In this document: piece by piece, positions 58,030 through 64,000 of the stretch
Layout of the letters: each line of letters opens with the position of its first letter
How positions within the stretch are numbered: position 1 is the stretch's first letter
Assembly (NCBI GenBank): GCA_021297855.1
Contig: JAJTHM010000012.1
Span: forward strand, 57,591-121,590
Source of the DNA: Sphingobacteriales bacterium
GTDB taxonomy: Bacteria > Bacteroidota > Bacteroidia > Chitinophagales > JADJOU01
DNA: 64,000 nucleotides
Direction of reading: 5' to 3'
Made by a program: the position numbers and the translations under genes
The notes under the pieces: generated by a model
What the model was told of the DNA's origin: nothing
Databases searched by the model: none
What the model saw: the letters and a program-made list of their open reading frames with translations, nothing else

Positions 58030-58843
58030 AATTCTTGCGCTCATTCTCGTAGTTTATTTGTTTATAGGTTGTAGGAAAGCTGCTACAGAGATACCCTTTT
58101 ACCTCAAATGCGATTCTGCCCTTATCGCTTCATCCACACTTGGCATTGCGAATACGGGCATTTATGGACTGTATATCACGGTAGAGAATGATATTCGGGG
58201 TACCTGGCAGATGCCATTTACTATGCCGATACTCAAAGATGGTCTTAAGCAAATGTTTATAACGCCTGTAGTAAAGATTAATAACCTCTCTACTCGCTTT
58301 TTGGCCTATCCTTTATACAATGTAAAGCAAGCAGAAATTAACATGGTAAGTGGAAAAACATTGGACACCGTTTTTACCTTTGAATACGCTAGTGGTGTCA
58401 AATTGATAGCCAATGATGAAATGGAATCTGTAACTAATTTCTCTGCCACAACCAAAAGTAGTCTTGCCAAAAATGGCAGTGGCAGTATGATGATGTATGC
58501 AGATTTTACCAGTGTGGACTCCAGTGCCACTGCATTTTACTATAAGCAATTACCCTTCAATTTTGAAAAAACCACATTCTTAGAGTTTGACTATTACATG
58601 CCAGAAGGTATATTGGCACCTGCATTAGCCTATACCGATGCTTCAGGAAACCCCAGAATAATGTTTGGAGAGAGTTACCTAAACGAAAATAATGGGTGGG
58701 TGCATGTATATTATAATTATACTTACTTGATTGATCGAATAGGCAAAACAGGCCTGTACACTCCTATTTTTATTTTGACTATGCCTAAGGGTAGGACCAG
58801 TGCTAGAGCTTATTTGGACAACGTGCGAATACTTGAAAAGTAA
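58019..58843 (+). CDS. hypothetical lipoprotein
   Basis: 274 aa with lipobox VVYLFIGCRK. No family recognised. 11-nt overlap with ftsH. Confidence 0.5.
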   Translation: MWFRILALILVVYLFIGCRKAATEIPFYLKCDSALIASSTLGIANTGIYGLYITVENDIRGTWQMPFTMPILKDGLKQMFITPVVKINNLSTRFLAYPLYNVKQAEINMVSGKTLDTVFTFEYASGVKLIANDEMESVTNFSATTKSSLAKNGSGSMMMYADFTSVDSSATAFYYKQLPFNFEKTTFLEFDYYMPEGILAPALAYTDASGNPRIMFGESYLNENNGWVHVYYNYTYLIDRIGKTGLYTPIFILTMPKGRTSARAYLDNVRILEK

Positions 58844-58942
58844 GAGTTTGGAATTTCTATTTAGTAATTCTGTCCCTTATTAAAAAAATCTTTTAAATTT
58901 GCTTTAACAAATTGTATTTAAAAACTTTAATTAAGAATAAAA

Positions 58943-59449
58943 ATGAGTTTTAGTGAGATCGTAGCTGTTTCTAAATTACCGGGATTGTATCAAATGCACA
59001 AACATCGCGCAGATGGTTTAATTTTAAAATCTCTGCAAGATGATAAGATTTTCTTTGCAGCATCTCGTGCACATGCATTTACTCCTCTGGATAATATCAC
59101 AATCTACACGACAGATGAACCCATAGAGCTGCTAGAAGTAATGCACAAGATGCAGGATCAAAAATCGAAGTTGGAATTACCTAGTTCGAAAGCAGAGGGT
59201 GAAGTATTAAAGAAATTCTTTTCTTCCATTATACCAAATTATGATGAAACAAGGGTGTACACCAGCGATATTCAAAAAATTGTCAAATGGTATAGTTTGT
59301 TGGATTCAAAGAATCTGATTCCTGCTAAGGAAGCAGATTCGAAAGGAGAATCAGTAGTAGAGGCTAAAGTTGAAAATACTTCAGATATGGAGGAGGCCAC
59401 AGAAAAAAAGCCTAAAGCTAAATCTACAAGAAAGAAAAAGGCAGAATAG
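58943..59449 (+). CDS. DUF5606-like protein with a Lys-rich tail
   Basis: The N-terminus IVAVSKLPGLYQMHKHRADGLILKSL resembles the Bacteroidota DUF5606 family as I recall it. Acidic/Lys-rich C-terminus. Confidence 0.55.
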   Translation: MSFSEIVAVSKLPGLYQMHKHRADGLILKSLQDDKIFFAASRAHAFTPLDNITIYTTDEPIELLEVMHKMQDQKSKLELPSSKAEGEVLKKFFSSIIPNYDETRVYTSDIQKIVKWYSLLDSKNLIPAKEADSKGESVVEAKVENTSDMEEATEKKPKAKSTRKKKAE

Positions 59450-59530
59450 GTTCAGATTGATTAAGTTCATATCTCATAGTTATTGGCTTCTGCTGCCAGC
59501 AGAAATTCAGAATTATTAATTAGTTTAAAT

Positions 59531-61003
59531 ATGTCTCCAATAGCGCTTTTAGCTTGTGTGTTTATCTATTTTGGCGTTTTGCTTGCGATTTCCTATTGGA
59601 CAACCAGGCATTTAAAATCCAGTTCATATTTCAATGCAGATAAAGGTTCTAAATGGTATGTAGTCGCCTTTGGCATGCTTGGAGACTCGCTGTCTGGCGT
59701 AACTTTTATCTCGGTACCGGGGGCAGTTATTCTGACTAAGTTCGGTTATTTCCAAATTGTTTTAGGTTATTTTGTTGGATATTTCGCCATAGTTTTTATT
59801 CTATTGCCTGTTTATTATAGGTTAAATTTAGTTTCTATTTATGGGTATTTAAGGCATCGCTATGGTAGGTTTTCTCAATATACTGGCTCCTTCTTTTTTA
59901 TTTTATCCCGCATATTAGGATCTGCCGCCCGATTGTTCCTTGCTGCCTCCGTGCTTCAATTGTTCATCTTTGATCAATGGGGAATTCCATTTGCGCTATC
60001 CGTTTCTATTATTATATTTCTAATATGGCTTTATACAACCAAGGGAGGTATTAAAACTTTGGTTTGGACAGATGCCTTCCAATCCAGTCTTTTAATCTTT
60101 GGTGTTATGGTATCTATTTATGTCATTGTATCCCAATTGAAGATTCCATGGCTAGAATTACCAAGCGTTATAGCTAGGCATGAATTCAGTGAGCTATTCT
60201 GTTGGGATATGAATAGTAAAAATTATTTTTGGAAGCAATTTGTTGGTGGGGCATTTATAGCTGCTTGCATGACAGGCCTAGACCAAAACATGATGCAAAA
60301 AAATCTTACCTGCAAGACATTAGGAGAATCACAGAAGAATATTTTTTGGTTTAGTACTGTCATGTTGGTTACCAATATGTTTTTTATATCTCTAGGTGTT
60401 TTACTATACATATATACCGATAGTATGGGTATAGAGTTGCCACTCAAACCTGATGGCAGTGTGGATTCGGACAAGGTCTTTCCTTTTTTAGCCTTTAATC
60501 ACCTAGGCCCCTTGGCTAGTCTATCTTTTATCATCGGCTTGACTGCTGCTACCTTTTCAAGTGCGGATAGTGTGCTGACAACCCTGACGACTTCTTTTTA
60601 TATTGATATATTGGGTAAGGATGCAGATAAAGACCCAGATACCAAACTTCGAAACCTAATTCACTTGAGTTTTGCGGTCCTTTTGTTGTTAGCTATTTTG
60701 GTCATAAAGGCAGTCAATACTTCCGCAGTGATAGATATCGTATTGAAAGTGGCTAATTATACTTATGGTCCATTGCTAGGGCTATTTATTTTTGGTTTGA
60801 TGAGCAAGCGGAGATTGCATGATGCCCTAGTGCCACTTATATGCATTACATCGCCTTTGCTAGCATACTATTTAGATACAAATCCACCATACCTGGATGG
60901 AAAGCCATTTCAATACGGCAATACTATACTGATTATCAATGGACTAATAACGGTAACAGGCTTATTGTTTTTCTCCTGCTTCTATAAGCAAAAAGATGCT
61001 TAG
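59531..61003 (+). CDS. sodium:solute symporter family transporter
   Basis: About 13 TM helices and SSF-like segments (GGIKTLVWTDAFQ, GLDQNMMQK). The start is taken at MSPIALLACVF; the track ORF begins at a TTG at 59483. Confidence 0.82.
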   Translation: MSPIALLACVFIYFGVLLAISYWTTRHLKSSSYFNADKGSKWYVVAFGMLGDSLSGVTFISVPGAVILTKFGYFQIVLGYFVGYFAIVFILLPVYYRLNLVSIYGYLRHRYGRFSQYTGSFFFILSRILGSAARLFLAASVLQLFIFDQWGIPFALSVSIIIFLIWLYTTKGGIKTLVWTDAFQSSLLIFGVMVSIYVIVSQLKIPWLELPSVIARHEFSELFCWDMNSKNYFWKQFVGGAFIAACMTGLDQNMMQKNLTCKTLGESQKNIFWFSTVMLVTNMFFISLGVLLYIYTDSMGIELPLKPDGSVDSDKVFPFLAFNHLGPLASLSFIIGLTAATFSSADSVLTTLTTSFYIDILGKDADKDPDTKLRNLIHLSFAVLLLLAILVIKAVNTSAVIDIVLKVANYTYGPLLGLFIFGLMSKRRLHDALVPLICITSPLLAYYLDTNPPYLDGKPFQYGNTILIINGLITVTGLLFFSCFYKQKDA

Positions 61004-61112
61004 TTATTGGTTGATTTGGTCTTAAAGTTTTATAACACTAATTGAGTTAGTAAAATTAAACTTTATTGTAACTTTATAGTCATAAAATCGTTATATATAA
61101 AAACGCATTGAT

Positions 61113-61979
61113 ATGAGACGCAATTTTTATTTATTCTTTCTACTTTTTATTGGCATAGATTCAAATGCACAGGATGATATTTATGACGCCCCAGAGCGCG
61201 TGAAACCTCCAGTGGTTTATAGTAGCCAAAACTCAAGCCAATCGGGGGATGGAAGCTATGAAAATCTAGATGATGATTTTAATCCAGATTATGATTACCG
61301 ATATAGAAGAAGCCTTCGCAGAATGTATGACCCCTATTATGTTATGCCGAGTTCTGCGTATTTAAACATGTACACCTATCCTCAATTTTCCAATTTTTAT
61401 AATCCATATTGGGGGAGTGGTTTTTCTATTACGATCGGAAACACTTGGGGTCAACCGATGGGCTGGAATAGTTGGAATAACCCATGGGGTTGGAACAGCT
61501 GGAATAGCTGGAATGCATGGAATCAACCATGGGGCTGGAATAACTGGGGAGGTGGCTGGAATTCATGGAACAATCCATGGTGTGGCTGGAATAGCTGGGG
61601 CGGCGGCTGGAATAGCTGGGGTGGCGGCTGGAATCATCCTAGATGGAATGGAAATGGTAATAACTGGAATGGCGGAAATCGAAATTCGGTAACACCACCA
61701 GAGAGAAGAATCTCTAGAGCCGTAAGAGTTATGGATCCGAATAGAGATTATGGAAATACAACCTATAGACCTTCTCAGCCACAGGGAAATCCAAGCGGGA
61801 ATAATAGTAGAAATAATACTCCGACATACAGAAGCACTCCTAGCAATAATACCCCGAGTCAGGGAACAATCAGTCCTTCACCGACGCGAATGGGCGGCAA
61901 TTCACCATCAGGTGGTGGTGGGTCTTCGGGAGGCGGTGGCAGATCAGGAGGCAGGTCTGGAGGATCAGGAAGATTTTAA
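61113..61979 (+). CDS. secreted low-complexity protein with an extreme Trp/Asn/Gly repeat core and a Ser/Pro/Asn/Gly-rich tail
   Basis: Signal peptide FYLFFLLFIGIDSNAQ. An acidic/Tyr-rich N-region is followed by 21 Trp in 81 residues (GWNSWNNPWGWNSWNSWNAWNQPWGWNNWGGGWNSW...). The tail is ...GGGGSSGGGGRSGGRSGGSGRF. Confidence 0.7.
   Translation: MRRNFYLFFLLFIGIDSNAQDDIYDAPERVKPPVVYSSQNSSQSGDGSYENLDDDFNPDYDYRYRRSLRRMYDPYYVMPSSAYLNMYTYPQFSNFYNPYWGSGFSITIGNTWGQPMGWNSWNNPWGWNSWNSWNAWNQPWGWNNWGGGWNSWNNPWCGWNSWGGGWNSWGGGWNHPRWNGNGNNWNGGNRNSVTPPERRISRAVRVMDPNRDYGNTTYRPSQPQGNPSGNNSRNNTPTYRSTPSNNTPSQGTISPSPTRMGGNSPSGGGGSSGGGGRSGGRSGGSGRF
61446..61685 (+). repeat. in-frame degenerate TGGAAY-based tandem repeats inside the Trp-rich gene
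   Basis: Many TGGAAT/TGGAAC/TGGGG units. The core is a 21-bp near-perfect tandem: GGCTGGAATAGCTGGGGCGGC (61584-61604) / GGCTGGAATAGCTGGGGTGGC (61605-61625) / GGCTGGAAT (61626-61634). Confidence 0.8.
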
Positions 61980-62002
61980 TTCAATCAACTTTACCTATAA
62001 AA

Positions 62003-63625
62003 ATGCATAGAATTATGTTAGGAAGAATAAGTGTGTCTATATTGTTTTTAGTCATTAGCTGTCATATTAATGCTCAACGGTTTTCAGGCGCTGTTTTAAG
62101 AATGGGAACAGATATTAGTCAGACTACCTTACAAGGAACTGCCAGATATGTAGGAAGTGGCGGGGTCATGGGAAGTGTTGGAGGCGATTTATCCAATTTA
62201 AGTACCAACCCTGCTGGATTAGGAATGTTTTCGCGATCAGAATTATCGTTCACGCCAGCGTTTGCTTTGAATCACGTTGGAAGCACTTATATAGCAAATG
62301 ACGGAAGAGGTCAATTTGAAACGAATTTCGACCAGAATAGATATAAATTTACAATCAATAGTCTGGGAATAGTAATCGCCAATAGAAAAAGTGACAATGC
62401 TGTCATGCGATCGTCTAATGTGACTCTAGGTATCAATAGAACAGCTGATTTTAATCGATCGGTGAATTTTGGTATGGGAAGAAATAGCTTGTATTCTTAT
62501 TCCAGCTATCTAGCACTTCTAGCGACAGATGCCGAATACGACAGAAAAAATGGTGTTCCGGGTTATCCAGAACCTGGAACCTATCCTTCAAAAAGAGACT
62601 ATTCTTCTATAGCGAATTTATACAATAGAGTGCTAGCAGCAAGAAATGCAGAGGTGATCTATTCGTTTTCCCCATACGATTATTATGAAGATCCACTTAA
62701 ATTGGATTCGGTCAATGTTTCACAATATGGTCAAATGAAAACTACAGGGGGCATTACAGAACTGTCTTTTGCTTGGTCTACTAGTCTTAGTGATAAATAT
62801 TATATCGGAGTGTCTTTGGGTATCCCTTTCATAAATTATCAAACGGAATTTATATTTGATGAAGTAAATCGGGGTCCAGTTGGTTCCAGCCCAAATGCTT
62901 TTTATGGAAAATATGGTAGTTTCGAAATGTCTGAAATCGATAAATATTCTGGCGCAGGGGTCAATTTGAAACTGGGAGGCTTAGTCAAATTGACTGAAAA
63001 CCTAAAGGCCTCAGCTTATATTCATACACCAACTTTTGCTCAACTCACGCAAGAATACGCCATCACCACTCGGTCTTTCTATGCAAATAGTACAGGAGGA
63101 TCTAGCACCCCTTATCGAACGGACGAGTTTGAATTTAATTATATAACGCCGTTTAAATTTGGGACAGGTCTCAGTTATATGCTGGGGAAACGCGGATTTA
63201 TTGGTGCGGAGTATGAGTTTAATAACCTAAAGAGTTTGATGATTGATTTAGATAACGAGCCACAAGTTACCAATCAATTAAATGATGCCTTATGGCGTCA
63301 AAATAATAATACACATACGTTTAAGCTAGGGGGAGAATATGTTTTGGAGAGCCTGAGATTTAGAGCAGGTCTTAATTATCGAACAACCCCTTACAGTAAG
63401 GACTTTATCTACAATAATTTCAATGCATCCAGCTTGACATACACCTTTGGATTAGGCTATCGGGGAAAACAAGTTTCCATAGATATCGCATATATGAATA
63501 CGAGCTCTAAGGACTATAGGTCATTCTACGATTATGCAGACAATACTGTAAGCTATGAAATGGGATATACAATGAATAATTCTATTAGTCAGTTCATGGC
63601 GACACTCAACTTCAGATTTAAGTAG
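62003..63625 (+). CDS. outer-membrane beta-barrel of the FadL/PorV-like superfamily
   Basis: Signal peptide. N-terminal hatch motif GTARYVGSGGVMGSVGGDLSNLSTNPAGLGMF. Alternating strands to the terminal ...ATLNFRFK. 23 nt after the Trp-rich gene. Confidence 0.6.
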   Translation: MHRIMLGRISVSILFLVISCHINAQRFSGAVLRMGTDISQTTLQGTARYVGSGGVMGSVGGDLSNLSTNPAGLGMFSRSELSFTPAFALNHVGSTYIANDGRGQFETNFDQNRYKFTINSLGIVIANRKSDNAVMRSSNVTLGINRTADFNRSVNFGMGRNSLYSYSSYLALLATDAEYDRKNGVPGYPEPGTYPSKRDYSSIANLYNRVLAARNAEVIYSFSPYDYYEDPLKLDSVNVSQYGQMKTTGGITELSFAWSTSLSDKYYIGVSLGIPFINYQTEFIFDEVNRGPVGSSPNAFYGKYGSFEMSEIDKYSGAGVNLKLGGLVKLTENLKASAYIHTPTFAQLTQEYAITTRSFYANSTGGSSTPYRTDEFEFNYITPFKFGTGLSYMLGKRGFIGAEYEFNNLKSLMIDLDNEPQVTNQLNDALWRQNNNTHTFKLGGEYVLESLRFRAGLNYRTTPYSKDFIYNNFNASSLTYTFGLGYRGKQVSIDIAYMNTSSKDYRSFYDYADNTVSYEMGYTMNNSISQFMATLNFRFK

Positions 63626-63693
63626 GTATCCACTCATTATTTAAGTATTTTTCAATCCGCAAATATGGCTGATTGCTTAGTTTTGGCTTTGGT

Positions 63694-64000
63694 ATGAATA
63701 GATGTATAGTAATCATAGTGCTGGGTGTATTTGTATTCACTTCATGCAAAGATGTCATAAATAAGGTTCAATGGAATTCTAGTCCATCGAAGGAATTCGT
63801 TTTGGATACCGTTCTTTACTCCAATGTCACAGAAATTTATTTTCAAGATACCATGATAAATCTTGGAACTGTCAAGGAAGGAGGAGAGTATCAAATAGTT
63901 TATCGTTATCAAAATAGCGGTAAATTACCGCTAATGCTTTTTAATGTGAGTCCGAGTTGCGGATGCACTATTGCAGAATACTCCCATGATCCCTTAGCTT
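63694..64000 (+). CDS. DUF1573 domain lipoprotein (partial, runs off window)
   Basis: My own translation: MNRCIVIIVLGVFVFTSCKD... then INLGTVKEGGEYQIVYRYQNSGKLPLMLFNVSPSCGCTIAEY, the hallmark DUF1573 motif (G.....F.F.N.G...L.I......CGCT). Confidence 0.8.
   Translation, partial: MNRCIVIIVLGVFVFTSCKDVINKVQWNSSPSKEFVLDTVLYSNVTEIYFQDTMINLGTVKEGGEYQIVYRYQNSGKLPLMLFNVSPSCGCTIAEYSHDPLA

Noticed and set aside
61446-61685. Possible CRISPR-like or satellite array
   Set aside because: The units are contiguous 6-21 bp degenerate repeats with no spacers, they lie inside a coding frame, and no cas genes are present.
61417-62010. Alternative-frame ORFs 61417-61692 and 61750-62010 (Gly/Ile/Ala-rich)
   Set aside because: They are produced by reading the TGGAAT/GGCGGC repeat DNA in another frame. 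The frame with a signal peptide and contiguous ORF (61113-61979) is the credible one.
1-64000. Prophage, transposon, integron, or known defence islands (RM, CBASS, retron, Abi and similar)
   Set aside because: I recognised no integrase, transposase, recombinase, methyltransferase-endonuclease pair, reverse transcriptase or nuclease-NTPase combination. The only toxin-type element is hicBA.

Overview
Low-GC chromosomal segment that looks like Bacteroidota. The pointers are PorV/PorU-like type IX secretion genes, ribosomal protein THX, DUF1573- and DUF5606-type proteins, TAnnTTTG -7 boxes close to start codons, and frequent TTG/GTG starts. I can support about 63 CDSs, one tRNA-Arg(UCG), one clear rho-independent terminator and two repeat structures. 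I saw no rRNA, CRISPR array, transposase, integrase or phage genes. Layout: (i) 1-30.4 kb is mostly housekeeping: ECF sigma, MFS transporter, folA, purC, phoH, HU, THX, lpxH, a Cys-type NAD-linked formate dehydrogenase pair, coaD, nadE and mutY. Interspersed are accessory-looking items: a four-helix-bundle gene bracketed by inverted repeats, an ecotin homologue, a PorV-like/giant C25 peptidase pair, and a hicBA module. (ii) 30.4-54.7 kb is a ~24 kb surface-glycan locus. It holds a CapD/PglF-like dehydratase, WbpA/WbpB-like dehydrogenases, a DegT aminotransferase, a NeuD/PglD-like acetyltransferase, a WecF-like GT, a flippase, two Wzy/ligase-like membrane proteins, WbpG+HisH+HisF, a second WbpG-like enzyme fused to a class-II glutamine amidotransferase, two GT4s, a small phosphoglycosyl transferase, a GT39 and a Wzz-like protein. 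(iii) 54.8-64 kb holds birA, rsfS, ftsH and a Na+/solute symporter. It ends with an operon encoding an extreme Trp/Asn/Gly-repeat secreted protein, a PorV/FadL-like barrel and a DUF1573 lipoprotein. The best candidates for something undescribed are the Trp-repeat/barrel operon, the inverted-order PorV-like/PorU-like pair, and the dual amidotransferase chemistry in the glycan locus. All functional calls come from motif recognition by eye; no searches were run.
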